Assembly: GCA_950097015.1 (NCBI GenBank)
Contig: CATNEN010000001.1
Location: 17,794,001-17,858,000 of the forward strand
Direction of reading: 5' to 3'
Source of the DNA: Macrostomum hystrix
Lineage: Eukaryota; Animalia; Platyhelminthes
Length of the DNA: 64,000 nt
Shown here: piece after piece, positions 23,367 through 35,912 of the stretch
Layout of the letters: every line of letters starts with the position of its first letter
Position numbering within the stretch: the first letter of the stretch is position 1
Position numbers and translations under genes: made by a program
Notes under the pieces: generated by a model
Databases searched by the model: none
Told to the model about the DNA's origin: nothing
Seen by the model: the letters and a program-made list of their open reading frames with translations, nothing else

Positions 23367-24090
23367 TCATTTTTCTAAAAAAAGTTTTAACTTCTCGTGG
23401 TCGAAGTGAAATTTGTAAAAGTGCTTGTCTCTTGGGTGGGTCTTGGTGATAAGCTTGTCCTCATAGTAATGCCTCAGCGCTCGCTTCATCGTTTCAAAGC
23501 TCATGTCCCGCCGCTTGTAACTGCCCCACGCCTCTGCTAGGCCGGTTGGGTTTAGAATTTGGAAAATGCCCTCCAGCTTGTTCTCCCAGCGCAAGCAGGG
23601 TGGCGACAGGTCAGCGACAGGCGGAGTTTCGAGTAACTGGTACAGAAACTCCCACAGCCAAAAATTCCTGTCTGAGGTTGGGCAATGCTAAGTTTTGATA
23701 GCTAATTGTTGTTAAATACTAAAGATTCTCAAATCCCAAATTTTCGCAGCTCAAAAACACTAACCGATGCAAGCACGCTTCTTCCTTGTTCTTTTTATGA
23801 CGCCTGGCGGCTGCACATGCGTTAGGAGATGCGAAGTGGGCGGATCAAGCGAATGAACCCAGCAAAGGGAGCAATCAATCGCCGAAGCATTCAGTCGCTG
23901 CTGCGGATGCTGTTGCTGTCCGATGGACCAGATGGACTCCGATGCGCTCATGGCCCCAGTGTCATCTTCGTTGGCAACCGGCTTGTACAAATCGAAGAGG
24001 GCAGCGCTTTCGTAAGACTGGAGGTCACTGAATTCGCAGCGCATCATGGCGAAGTCCAAATTGTCTAGACTGCCCAGGTCATCGACGGGC
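23367..24090 (-). CDS. ETS-domain transcription factor, copy 2 (exons ~24090-23765 and 23671-23367; start uncertain)
   Basis: Same splice sites as copy 1; DRNFWLWEFLYQLLE...LAEAWGSYKRRDMSFETMKRALRHYY. Confidence 0.85.
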
Positions 24091-24322
24091 TGGTAAGAAT
24101 AAATGGGTTTGCGATTAGCTTGTCTCCCGTGAACAATCAATCTAGACACCGTGTCCCATAGCTAGACAATCTAGCCACTCTCCGCAATCAAGTGTTGCTA
24201 TAGTAACTGTCTTTCTAGCTATAAGCTAGCTACCTAGAAAATCTACGAGATTTTGATATACTCCTAGTAGATACCCACTGTCTCCCATAGAACTACCAGT
24301 CACTGTCTCGAATCATAGATTT

Positions 24323-25500
24323 ACCAAGAAGAAAAAAGGAGGGGAGAAGAGGAGAGGAGAGGAGAGCAGAGAAGAGCAGAGGAAAGGAGGGGAGAGGAAA
24401 GGAGAGGAGAGGAGGGAGGAGGAGAGGAGAGAAGAGAGTAGAGAAAAGCAGAGAATAGGAGAAGAGAGAAAAGGAGAGGAGAGGAAAGGAAAGAGGAGGT
24501 AGGAGGGGAGGAGAAGATGACAGGAAAGAGAGAAGAGGACAGGAGAGAATGAGTATCTTGAGCTTAGTTGGGCCAACACTGAGAAATGATTATGTACTCA
24601 AGCACTTACCATAGCCTTTAATCATATGTGATTCGTTCTCATATGCCCTTAGCTATGCCATGAGAGTGAAGACAGCCAGATGCCACAATTCCAGATAGTG
24701 AGCCAGTGTGATAAAGACCTGGTAAAATAGAGTTGATAAATAAATAGTCATTTTTATAAGGAAATTTCAGAGCAAAGTTATATACCTATACCAGACCAAA
24801 TAACTCTAGTGTACACTAGGATCACTTATATTGCTTGTAGGACCAAGAAGAAAAAAGGAGGGGAGAGAAGAGGAGAGCAGAGAAGAGCAGAGGAAAGGAG
24901 GGGAGAGGAAAGGAGAGGAGAGGAGGGAGGAGGAGAGGAGAGAAGAGAGTAGAGAAAAGCAGAGAATAGGAGAAGAGAGAAAAGGAGAGGAGAGGAAAGG
25001 AAAGAGGAGGTAGGAGGGGAGGAGAAGATGACAGGAAAGAGAGAAGAGGTATGAGGGGAGGAGAAGAGGACAGGAGAGAATGAGTATCTTGAGCTTAGTT
25101 GGGCTAACACTGAGAAATGATTATGTACTCAAGCACTTACCATAGCCTTTAATCATATGTGATTAGTTCTCATATGCCCTTAGCTATGCCATGAGAGTGA
25201 AGACAGCCAGATGCCACAATTCTAGATAGTTAGCCAGTGTGATAAAGACCTGGTAAAATAGAGTTGATAAATAAATAGTCATTTTTATAAGGAAATTTCA
25301 GAGCAAAGTTATATACCTATACCAGACCAAATAACTCTAGTGTACACTAGGATCACTTATATTGCTTGTAGGACCAAGAAGAAAAAAGGAGGGGAGAGAA
25401 ATGATTATGTACTCAAGCACTTACCATAGCCTTTAATCATATGTGATTAGTTCTCATATGCCCTTAGCTATGCCATGAGAGTGAAGACAGCCAGATGCCA
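24323..25500. repeat. ~520-530-bp tandem duplication containing GA tracts
   Basis: accaagaagaaaaaaggaggg at 24323, 24842 and 25373; homologous to 3530-4290. Confidence 0.85.
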
Positions 25501-25767
25501 CAATCCATTTGAACATTTCAAACACCCTTTGATACACTTATTTTACTCTTATTGACTTCTACTTTTGCTTTACCTTTACTTTTACTTATTTACTTTTCAA
25601 TTTTCAGAGATTTTTCAGAATTCTGAAATTCTGATATTACTCATTCTAGTGTAATAAAAAACAGCTATTCTGCAAGGAGTCATTAAACCATCTTGATAAC
25701 TAGGCACTGAACATACAGGGCACTGAAATTTAGTAAAATTTACTGAACTTTGAATTATTTCAGAATT

Positions 25768-25968
25768 ATGGATACAGAACAGCAGCAGCAGCCACAGCAG
25801 CAGCAGCAGAACCTAGTTTCTAACAGCCCTTGGAAGCTGCTGCCTACCTCAGTGGAAACCTCCAATTCCAAGGTCCAGTGGTGGAAAATAAAGGGAGGGG
25901 CCGGGGCGGCCACCAATTTCTCGCCACCGAAGGTGCCCCGGTGCCCTCCCTCATCGGCAAAGAAATAG
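25768..25968 (+). CDS. Small Q-rich orphan protein family, copy 3 (intact, 66 aa)
   Basis: MDTEQQQQPQQQQQNLVSNSPWKLLPTSVETSNSKVQWWKIKGGAGAATNFSPPKVPRCPPSSAKK; a ttttcag acceptor lies just upstream. Confidence 0.6.
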   Translation: MDTEQQQQPQQQQQNLVSNSPWKLLPTSVETSNSKVQWWKIKGGAGAATNFSPPKVPRCPPSSAKK

Positions 25969-27087
25969 AAAGGTTTGTCTAAGCTGCCTATATGTGATAA
26001 CTTTAGTCCTTAATTCTTAATCCTTAATCGTTACTTCTTTAAATAAGCGCTAGTAGTAAAATTATACCCGTTTGTAGGTGTAAGTTTATATTGACTCTGG
26101 TAAAACAATATTTACTTTTAGCCATTATGGCACCATTTATCAAAATGTGATTGTCACACTACAATGCTAATGCAATATTACAACGTAGCAAAATGTACTC
26201 ACATTCAATATGATTGTAGCCATAATGCCATATGTCGTGTCTTGTCGTGTTCGTGTTTAACCAGAAAATTCCATGAGCCATCCTCCAAGCTTTAAAGCAA
26301 GTTTATCTGCAAATTTAAAGAAGCAGATAGCAACTGCGTACGAAGATAACCTCTCACTCCACCTTAATGCTGTCCAATAACGAGCTGCTTTGGGTCTTAA
26401 CGGTCATAATATAGTATCTGGATGGCAGAGCGAGCATGTACATGCACAGTCCAACAATCTAGCAAATTATATGGAAATATGGAAATATGAAAATCTAGCA
26501 AATTGGCACGCACCTCGAAACCTCCCACTTCGTCATTTCAGATGCATTTCATACGATTCAGGAAGCTGTTATTTCGGAAGATATGAGACATGATATCAGA
26601 TATGATATGATATTATGATATGTGATATAAAGAAGAGAGGATTGATAAAGAAGAGAGGATTGATAGTTTGATAGTTTGATAGTTATGATATTTTGGAATA
26701 CATCTTTGCTTGTTGTCTTCCTTTATTTCACTCATATTTATTTATTAGCTTGATGCGCAGCCTAAATGTTTAGCTTCTTAGCTTTAGCTTAGCATGATAA
26801 CCAACAAATGGAGTATATGGAGTAATAGAGTATACATACACCCAGTTCTGGAGAAATGGAGTATACATACACCCAGTTCTGTGAACGGGATAATTTTTTT
26901 ATGTCCAGTAACATGTATGTCTGTAACAAATAGCAATTAAAGATCCTTGCGGTGGGGCAAGGTAGCAACTTAAAATCCACTATTCAATGGACGAAATTCG
27001 AAGCAGATAAGATAAGTGTCCTGACTAGCTGAGTTGCCAACTCAGTTGCCAACTCAGTTGCCAACTCAGGTAGTCAGGGGATCGACA

Positions 27088-27308
27088 CCTCAGTTTGGTG
27101 ACAATCCCAGATCCTCAGTTTAATGACAATCCCAGATCCTCAGTTTGGTGACAATCCCAGATCCTCAGTTTAATGACAATTATCCCAGATCCTCAGTTTG
27201 GTGACAATCCCAGATCCTCAGTTTGGTGACAATCCCAGATTCTCAGTTTCGTGACAATCCCAGATCCTCAGTTCGTGACAATCCCAGATCCTCAGTTTGG
27301 TGACAATC
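27088..27308. repeat. 22-bp minisatellite (same family as 1288-2242)
   Basis: Tandem gatcctcagtttggtgacaatccca. Confidence 0.95.
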
Positions 27309-27386
27309 AGTCCATGACAACTGAATAACAAAACAACGAAACTAATTCATTAAGTTGACTTGGAATGCCGCATGCTGTTGCTAGGG

Positions 27387-27510
27387 TTACCAAGGACGCC
27401 ACACAGGCTGGGCTCCCTCCTTGTCCATCGACTGGCTAGATTCTTCGTCAGTAGACAAAGCCGACACCGTTGATGAGGCCGAAGACTTGCAGCAGAAGCT
27501 CATGGCCGCA
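27387..27510 (-). pseudogene. HES C-terminal fragment (…QPVWRPW*), bHLH missing
   Basis: Near-identical to the 3' third of 61692-62060. Confidence 0.85.
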
Positions 27511-28080
27511 GAATGTTTGTGTTAGGAAAAAAGGGGAAATATTTGTAACGATAATTCAAGTGCTAACAATTAATGCACGAAAATATATCAAGGAATAGCT
27601 AGAAGAGCTACATGAATAAAATTAATATACATAGACATCGCTACCTATCAAGCAATCAAAGTGCAAAACTCCCTTAAATGTGCCTTATCGAAAAACAAGG
27701 TCCCTGTCTTTAGGTCCATGTTCACAAACTTTTAGTTCTGAACCATTCGGTACATTCATGGGTGAATTGCTGACTGGGTGGGGAGCACAGACTAATTAGA
27801 TAAGACTTTACTTCTGGGGGGAGACCCACAGACTAGGTAGCCACGGTCAAAACTCTAAATATTCTTATCAGTTTTTTATTCTGCTGTTACCTCAGCTCTT
27901 TCGGCCTTGCAAGTTCTGTGACTATGTCGAAGAGCTCTATATGCTCTATATGCCAACTGTTCCTAGAAGTCACTTTAATAACAAAGTAGTTTACGACAAA
28001 GAGGATACATAGTTATACATATACACGGATGCAAGTTACGCAAAATAAACTAAACGAGTCATAGAAACTTGTTTGTATAC

Positions 28081-28647
28081 CTAATCTCGCAGCCATGGGT
28101 TCTTAACAAAAACGTCACTATCAATTTTTTTACCAGCCGTGTAGTCGAACGTAAGTTCTGTGCCGGCTGAAACATATTGGGTTGTCACAAAATAAACGAC
28201 GGGTCGGAGCCCCTGGTTGATGATAATTAACTTCGCTTTACAGTTGGGAGCAGTAGCAGAATGATTTAGATACCTCCCAAATCCATCGCTGTTGCTGGCG
28301 TCAACTATCCATAATTTACCGTTAAATTTAAATTCAAATAGAAGCCAGTCAGAGTTGGGTTCAACTTCACGCCGAATCGCTTCCTGCTCGTTCAGCAGGA
28401 TGCCGGCGAACTCGTCGACATAAGCCCCGGCAGCTAGGTTGATTTTCGCAAAGGCGCCCAGTCCCTTCACGCCCGCAGGTGCAACGGCGATCGCGGTGTC
28501 CGTCTTTCCGTTGATGCCCAGAACGCGTTCCGTAATATCTTTAGTGGTTGTCGGGGGACGATAATTAATGGTAGACCGGCTCAGCCTCCGAGCCGGCCTC
28601 GTCTCAACGGTTGGCACAGGCTCAGGCTGCGGGGTGTAGTTAAACAT
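28081..28647 (-). CDS. SET-domain lysine methyltransferase, SETD8/KMT5A/PR-Set7-like
   Basis: KGLGAFA, EFAG.L..QEA..RE, WIVDAS, GRYLNHS, PNC, ELTFDY and C-terminal PWL; no pre- or post-SET Cys clusters. Confidence 0.9.
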   Translation of the reverse strand: MFNYTPQPEPVPTVETRPARRLSRSTINYRPPTTTKDITERVLGINGKTDTAIAVAPAGVKGLGAFAKINLAAGAYVDEFAGILLNEQEAIRREVEPNSDWLLFEFKFNGKLWIVDASNSDGFGRYLNHSATAPNCKAKLIIINQGLRPVVYFVTTQYVSAGTELTFDYTAGKKIDSDVFVKNPWLRD

Positions 28648-28966
28648 GTTTTAATTTGCTTTCTCGTCCGTCTAAATCGAAATCTCCCCTTTTAGAATCT
28701 AAATTCCCCAAAGAGAGACAATTACGCAAAGAGAAACTTGGGCTCCTAAATCAATTTTATACAGCCACACCAATCGCTATTAGTTGACGTACCTCTAATC
28801 CACATACGGCTAGGGCGATGCGAAGCGATTGACCACTCGTGACTTGCCTTCTTCGCCCTCTTCCTCGCTGTCGGTGAAGGACAAATCGACGTTGCAGATG
28901 GGTTCAACATCAGGGACGGCGCGGTTTTTAGTCTGGGAAGTTGTGCAAAATTATAATTTATCAAAC

Positions 28967-29515
28967 CTCTCACTCTACCTGTCACACCACCTCTCACTCT
29001 ACCTCTCACTCTTCCTCTCACTGCACCTCTCACTCTTCCTCTCACTCTACTTCTCACTCTTTCTCTCACTCTACTTCTCACTCCACCTCTGACTCTTCCT
29101 CTCACTCCACCTTTCACTCTACTTCACACTCCACCTTTCACTCTACCTGTCACTCCACCTTTCACTCTTCCTCTCACTCTTTCTCCCACTCCACCTCTCA
29201 CTCTACCTTTCACTCTTCCTCTCACTGCACCTCTCACTGCACCTCTCGCTCTTCCTCTCACTCTACTTCTCACTCTTCCTCTCACTCCACCTCTCACTCT
29301 ACTTCTCACTCCACCTTTCACTCTACCTGTCACTCCACATTTCACTCTTCCTCTCACTCCACCTCTCAATCTTTCTCCCACTCCACCTCTCACTCTTTCT
29401 CGCACTCCACCTCTCACTCTTCGTCTCACTCCACCTCTCACTCCACCTTTCACTGCACCTCTCACTCTTCCTCTCACTCTTCCTCTCACTCTTTCGCTCA
29501 CTCCACCTCTCACCC
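28967..29515. repeat. 12-bp pyrimidine-rich minisatellite (ctctcactccac); second block at 30010-30190
   Basis: Tandem degenerate 12-mers. Confidence 0.95.
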
Positions 29516-31534
29516 TACTTAAGTTTAACATAACAGACAGAGACTGTTAAAAGAATAAAGCAGGTGTAAAAATAGCTGTGAGTTGCTGCTTCTGATGTCT
29601 CACCTCACTTAGGGCGATCGATGCGCGCTTCAAACGAATTTTTAAACTGGGCCTGAATGTGCCCGCACCTTCGCAGTCGGATATTAGCCACTGATCACTG
29701 TTATCCATGGAATGGTAATTGCTTCTGTGATGACAATGAATCGCAAAAGAATTTCATGTGCGCTGACAATGAATGTCAATGTTAATATTTCAGAGCTTAA
29801 AAACTCGCAATTTAACGGCTGCCTAACGGGGTTATAAGCACCCCCACCGCCGCCAATCCCACTGGCCCGCTGTCCAGGAATGTGTATACTGGACTTCGAG
29901 TGTCATGTTCAAGTTTTCAACCTAGATTTTCCCAAATGTGTTTTCAAATGTTTATTTAGAAACAAAACTCATCAAGCAGCTCACTTATAACTAATATTTT
30001 ATACTTACCTACCTCCACCTTTCACTGCACCTCTCACTCTTCCTCTCACTCTTTCTCCCACTCCACCTCTCACTCTACCTCTGACTCCACCTCTCACTCT
30101 TTCTCTCACTCCACCCTTCACTCCACCCTTCACTCTACCTCTCACTCTTCCTCTCACTCTTTCTCCCACTCCACCTCTCACTCCACCTGCGCTGATAATG
30201 AATGTAATAGATTCTAGCCTAGATTTTCCCAAGTGTTTTCAAATGTTTATATAAAAACAAAACTCATCAAGCAGCTCAATCATAAATTATCTTTTACATT
30301 TTAAAAAATATAGACAATAACTTGTTTTTCGTTAAAAAATGTACTTTTTCGGAAGCTAGGCCTTTTGACATTGATAGCTTCCAGACTTTTTTCAATTCCT
30401 TCTCGTCGTGGCTCGGAGGCATGACTGCAATTTAGGGAATTAAATAGTAGTCAGCTTCCTTTCTTGGTTTGATCGTCAGGGTCTTTTGTTAACCGAGAAG
30501 GAGGCCCTTCCCTGCCGCAGCAGCAAGCATATAGCCTATGCTCTTGAGAACATTTCGGAATTATGAAGTGGTGTTGATTACCCGAGACTAGTTTTTTATA
30601 ATTTCCTTTGCTTATTATGGCCAAGTGATATCACTTGTTTATTTAATTATGCTTGCTGCTGAAAAACCAAGTCGAAGCCACTATCGCATGTAAAATATTG
30701 GTTTAAAAAGAATGTCGAAAAGAACAGTGCAGGTACTTGCTACGGTGCTAGGTGCTAGGTGTGCGGGCATGTGGAAAGTAATTTATTGTTTTTTCTGTCT
30801 ATTTTTCAGATGTAATGATGCGGGAGTTTATCATGACACAATTGTATGAACAGGATAAATTGTATGTCTCATATATACAGCTTAGCCAAGACAAACGATT
30901 TGTAATTTTTTTGTGCTTTTTGTACAATTTTAAGATGCGATGATGCCAAAAGAAATGGAGTATACATACACCCAGTTCTGTGAACGGGATAATTTTTTTA
31001 TGTCCAGTAACATGTATGTCTGTAACAAATAGCAAAAGTCCTGACTAGTTGAGTTGGCAAATAACAGTAACTGTTATTTGCCAACTCAGCTAGTCAGGGG
31101 ACACTTGTCTTATCTGCTTCGAATTTCCATAGAATAGTGGATTTTAAGTTGCTACCTTGCCCCACCCCAGAGGCAAGTCAAGTCAAAGTCAAGGGTAAAC
31201 AAAGTAACCTATTTCTTATTGCACGCCAGACCAAACGCCCTTCAGCTTATCTCCGTCTGTTGTGGTCCCTGGTCGGCTCGTCTGAGTTGCAAGCGAATTT
31301 GGGAAGCCGAAAATCGGCGGCCGTTTTGTCAACATAGGTGGGTGGATTCTGCCTAGGGCTCAAGTTCCCACACTATTTGCTCCTTATATCTCCTCACGTC
31401 GATAAGGGCGCAAACGTGTCCTGAACAATTTGCAAAGTTTCCTGTTTGCTAAACCCAAATCCAAGTTTAGAGTTGTGTAGAGTAGATAAGAAAATTTATG
31501 AACATGTGGCACTCGTAGAAGGGGATAAACAAGG

Positions 31535-33520
31535 CTAGCTTTCCTGTCCCGTTAGCGGAATGACGTAAAAAAAGTCGTCATTTTGGGCCGGTCTACTAAG
31601 AGCTTTCGGAAGCAGCCAACATTTTTGCCCTGGGCGGCCAGTTGCGATTTCGGATGTTAGGCGGTAAACTCCAATCCTAAGTGCCAGAGAGTCGTAAGGA
31701 TAGTTGTAGACATTGTCGAATTCCTGGAGCACTCTGCCACTTACCATGCCGTCCGGTTTAACTTCATCAATATGAATGCATGTCGTCCCAACGAAGCAGC
31801 AATTGTCACCCTTCTTCGTGCTGAATTCTATAGTTGTTTCTGCTGGCTGGCTGAGGTACATATTTCGTACTTGTAGTACTTGACAAACTGAATGAGCGGC
31901 GACATGCCTGGTGACTTTGACCCTTCTCTTGATTGCTCCCAGATAGCTTTCGAATGGAAATGTACTAAAATTATTTAAGTTACCTAGCCTTCTAACAAAC
32001 TGGTCGAGGTGAAGAAGTGCATGAATATTGTAGCTAATTGATTTTTGGCCAAATATCTTTGACATCTGTTCGACGAATACCTCGATGCAGCTTTTCGCTG
32101 AATCCCATAGATTAGCATACCTTTCCGTGGAATAGCAGTATACGGCGAAGTGCAGTAGGAGAAAATTTTTGTAAAACTGTTTCTCAACATATCCCTTAAA
32201 AATTATTGGTCCTAGGTAAAGAATAATTTGTCTGAACTCTGTCGCCTTAAAATGGTTAAGACACTTATCTATGCGGCGAGGTCTTCTCTGGAAATTAGAC
32301 GGAGTCCAGCTGGCAATACCGGCAATGATGTCCGACAAAGACTTCATATTCCTGCGACTAAAGCGGCAGCCTCCTTCTCCAAAATAAAAGTGCATTAACT
32401 TCCTTACTGCTCCCAGACAAACGGCATGTTGAAAATCCAGAGGAAAACAGTTGACGAAGTCAATGTTGGGCAGGTCCAACAGTGGTGACTTGATGACCGC
32501 TCCTGTGGCGTCTTTTTTCTGGTTGTTCTCTACTAGGGATCGGTACGCTTCCCCACATCTATTCTGGCCAGCAGTTACGGAAAATGACACTCTGCCTTCA
32601 GCACGCAAGCCCACAGCTCGACAGTAACTGCATCCTAAGTAGCTTGTGTGACCCAGAGTGCACATTAAAAAACTGCGGGCAGGGGTGTCGCAGACAAAAT
32701 AAATAGTGGAGAACATGATGCTGATTTTCTCACTGATTTTGACTGGACCAGACAGAAAGTTTTTTGCCTCTTGGCAAAACTGTTGCAGGTACTCCTGTAC
32801 TGGTGGCTTTCCAGTGCCGGCCCAAACAGCCACTGGAAAAGGCTTAGCGAATGCGGATTTAATTTTCATTAGGAGTGGCCATAGACTAATCGTACTGGAT
32901 CGATAGAGGGGAAGTCCGTCACTGTTTAGAAATGCATCGAATTTGTAACACTTTGTTTGACTTTCATGCAGCAAATTTTCTGGTCGCAGTGTCAACAAAT
33001 TCTTCGAAAGTAGTTGCTGCAGATTCTCCAGAATAGAAATATAACGAAAGTGCCCGTCTCCCATGGCCACCAAGTCACCAGTAGGACAGTTTTCTCTGGC
33101 CAGGCGTTCAAATGTTTTGTAAGATTTTGTGACAGGCAAACCAATGTCGCGTAAACCCGCAAGTAGGAAAGCCATGGCGTCACGGGGAATGTTGTATGTA
33201 GAAAAGAACAAAACAAGGAGTGCCTGTAGCCTTACCTCCAAGGGCCGATTGTCTTCAACCTTTTCGCTGTCCATGTCGTCATCGCTTTGAGTTTCCTGCT
33301 CAAACTCGTCGAATTCTACCCTACTAAAATCTTCTTCCGTCTCCATGTCCACATCGCCTTGACTTGCCGACTGCCCTCCACTGCCCTCCACTGCCCTCCA
33401 CTGCCGACTGCCCACTGGCTGAGGGGACACTGCTGGGCCTCTCACTCTCAGCTTCTTCTCTAAACATGGCCAACAAGCTCTTGTTTGTCTCTCTCCTAAT
33501 ACTCCTGCTCGACATGCCAT
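31535..33520 (-). CDS. EnSpm/CACTA(Mirage)-type DDE transposase, intact 661 aa
   Basis: NSDGLPLYRSSTISLWP, VCDTPARSFL..GHTSYLGCSYC, PLDFQHAVCLG, FKATEFRQ, YNIHALLHL and FSTFPFESYLG are motifs of animal EnSpm transposases. Confidence 0.88.
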   Translation of the reverse strand: MACRAGVLGERQTRACWPCLEKKLRVRGPAVSPQPVGSRQWRAVEGSGGQSASQGDVDMETEEDFSRVEFDEFEQETQSDDDMDSEKVEDNRPLEVRLQALLVLFFSTYNIPRDAMAFLLAGLRDIGLPVTKSYKTFERLARENCPTGDLVAMGDGHFRYISILENLQQLLSKNLLTLRPENLLHESQTKCYKFDAFLNSDGLPLYRSSTISLWPLLMKIKSAFAKPFPVAVWAGTGKPPVQEYLQQFCQEAKNFLSGPVKISEKISIMFSTIYFVCDTPARSFLMCTLGHTSYLGCSYCRAVGLRAEGRVSFSVTAGQNRCGEAYRSLVENNQKKDATGAVIKSPLLDLPNIDFVNCFPLDFQHAVCLGAVRKLMHFYFGEGGCRFSRRNMKSLSDIIAGIASWTPSNFQRRPRRIDKCLNHFKATEFRQIILYLGPIIFKGYVEKQFYKNFLLLHFAVYCYSTERYANLWDSAKSCIEVFVEQMSKIFGQKSISYNIHALLHLDQFVRRLGNLNNFSTFPFESYLGAIKRRVKVTRHVAAHSVCQVLQVRNMYLSQPAETTIEFSTKKGDNCCFVGTTCIHIDEVKPDGMVSGRVLQEFDNVYNYPYDSLALRIGVYRLTSEIATGRPGQKCWLLPKALSRPAQNDDFFYVIPLTGQES

Positions 33521-33886
33521 GCATGTTTTGTCTTAGTCTTAGTCTTGGGCTTAATATTAGTATTAGTCTTAGTATTAGTCTTAGTCTTAGTCTCAGTATT
33601 AGTCTTAGTCGCAGACTCAGTCTTAGTATTAGTCGTAGTCTTAGTCTCACTTTTAACGCACTTTTAACTGCTGCAATACGAATATTCGGAAGCTATTCGG
33701 CGCCAATGGCACAATCGGTAGCTATCGGTGGTTAGAGGATTTTTCATAACTAACCAATGAGCGCGCGACGAGCCTTCCCACTGTCTGGGCCGTGCAGTTT
33801 GATCTGACATATATTAAAGCTCTAGCTTATCGTTACACTCCCCTAACCTCCTGTCGTTCTCAAAGTTTCAAACTTTTGAAGCAACC

Positions 33887-35912
33887 ATGAAGTTCTTGAT
33901 CGTATTCGAGGCCGACAGGCAGGTTATCGAAATTGAGGAAAGTGATTTAGTTGAATGTGAAAAGTTGAAAAGTCTGACAGTAACTGAGTTGTCACTGTTA
34001 AGAGACAGTGAAGAGAGGTGGCACTGCACGGCCAAATATGCAGGCTGTGTCTACGCTGCTGAAGTCCTCCAGGTATACATGGATGACACTCTGGAGCCAC
34101 CCAGCCTAAGCTTTGTCCGCAAGCTGATTCAGAAGAAACGGACAATTGTCGAAATAATTCGGCAATTGAAACCGAGGGTGCTCAACGCTGAAGATATGCG
34201 GCGGGTGCGACGCGAGTTTCAGTGTGTTGTAAGTTACATTTTTGCTGTTTAAAAGTCTCATCCTAGATTCTCATCCTAGATTCTCATTCATCGATTATCT
34301 TAAATTCTCATCCTAGATTATCATTCTAGATTATCATTCTAGATTCTCATCCTAGATTTTAATCCATCGATTATCCATCGATTATCTTAGATTCTCATCC
34401 TAGATTCTGATCCTAGATTCTCATCATCAAGAACCCTCATATATTTTGCTGTTTAAAAGTCACGTTATTCATTTTTAGTTACATTCTGTTTTGTCTGTCC
34501 ACTGTCTCTTTTTCTCCATCTCCATACGCACACATCTACCTATCTTACCTATCTACCTATCTCTATCTACCTATCGAATCTCAATAAATCGATAATCAAT
34601 AATCAATCACTAACAACGATTATCCACCAAAATTGGATTATCTAATTACAATCACTATTATTGATAATCAATCAATATTGATAATCATCCAATGCCAGTA
34701 ACCCCAACCTTTTCCTGACTTATTTATCCTCCAACTTATCCGACCTAACAGGACGTATCCACTGGTTCTGCGTCCGACACCGACGGCTTTTTTGGATGTT
34801 CGGAGGAGCCAGTTGAATCTGAAGCGCCGATTCTAAAGCTGCCCTACGTAGACGTGCCGTCTACTGTCGCAAAGCTGGTGCCACTGCCGTCTACGATTCC
34901 GAAATCTGCGTCCACAGCATCTGCAAAAGCCGCGGCAGCTAAGGCGGCAGCTGCAAAGGCAGCAGCGGAAGCAGAGGCAGCAGCGGAAGCAGAGGCAACA
35001 GCGGAAGCAGCAGAAGCAGCGGAAGCAGAGGCAGCAGCGGTGGAAGCAGAGGCAGATACAGAAGCAGCGAAAGCAGACGATGCCGAGGTGACTTCAGCAG
35101 TTTTCCGAAACATCCCGGGCATCTCCATCACACGACTGGAGCAGCAAATACAGTCGGAGGTGGATTTCCCATTAGGAAGCAATCGCGGCCTTCTGTACGT
35201 CGCCCTGCTCGCATTGCACGAGAGTACCCAAGCGAATAAGAAGATGGAAGCCAGACAGGAGAAACTAGCCAACGAGCTGGCCTCCGTTAAGGAGGAAGTG
35301 CAGCAACTGCGCCTGTCGATAGCGAAAGACCAGCAGCCAGTGCAACAGCTCCAGTTATGGCCCATCGACTCTTGGGAGACGTATGTCCACTACGCGGAGA
35401 ACACGCCTGCAGAGTGGACTTACCAGTTAAAACAAGCCCTGCCCAACCAAAAAACGGCGACTGTCGCAGCCACCTTCCGCTCGTGGTTAGACACCTGCTT
35501 GACTTCAGAGATGCAGATTAAGGTTAATTACAGCGGTGTAGGCCTTCGCGCAAAATGCATCCAGGACGGAGTCGTAACGCGGTTGTCCGACACGGAACTT
35601 GGGTTCAGGAGCGTCCTTTTGCGACATGTCCAGAATGCCGCCACCAGCATCTACGGCCCGACTATCACAGTGGACGCCGTCGAATGGATGACGGCCACGT
35701 TCGTCGGTAGCCGCATCGTCGACATGCTCCATCGAGCCAAGGACCGCCGAGGAGCCAGACCGCATCGACGCCTGTCAGTTTCAGGTCCAGGGTCATCTGC
35801 CACGAGTTCGCCAGCCGTCGCCCCGCCAGCCGGCGGTAAAAGACAAAATAATAATTTGAGTAAGTATACTAGTATATGGTATGAAAAGCTGACTGAATGC
35901 ATTAATATGTGA
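33887..35912 (+). CDS. DUF4806-like accessory protein of EnSpm element (exons 33887-34228 and 34752-35912)
   Basis: Phase-0 GTAAGT...AACAG intron joins in frame. An Ala/Glu coiled coil precedes WPID...FRSWLD.CLT...NYSG...LHRAKDRRGAR. Head-to-head with the transposase; 3' end runs into the palindrome arm. Confidence 0.7.

Larger units (their letters stand above)
26951..31166. mobile_element. 4.2-kb cassette bounded by ~128-bp inverted repeats ending in 59-bp hairpins
   Basis: ggtggggcaaggtagcaacttaaaatccactatt... at 26951-27078 is inverted at 31040-31166; no TSD seen. Confidence 0.5.

Noticed and set aside
28746-30232. RGRV-rich and HST-rich ORFs
   Set aside because: Translations of a 12-bp minisatellite. 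Possible small minus-strand exons nearby could not be joined in frame to the SET ORF.
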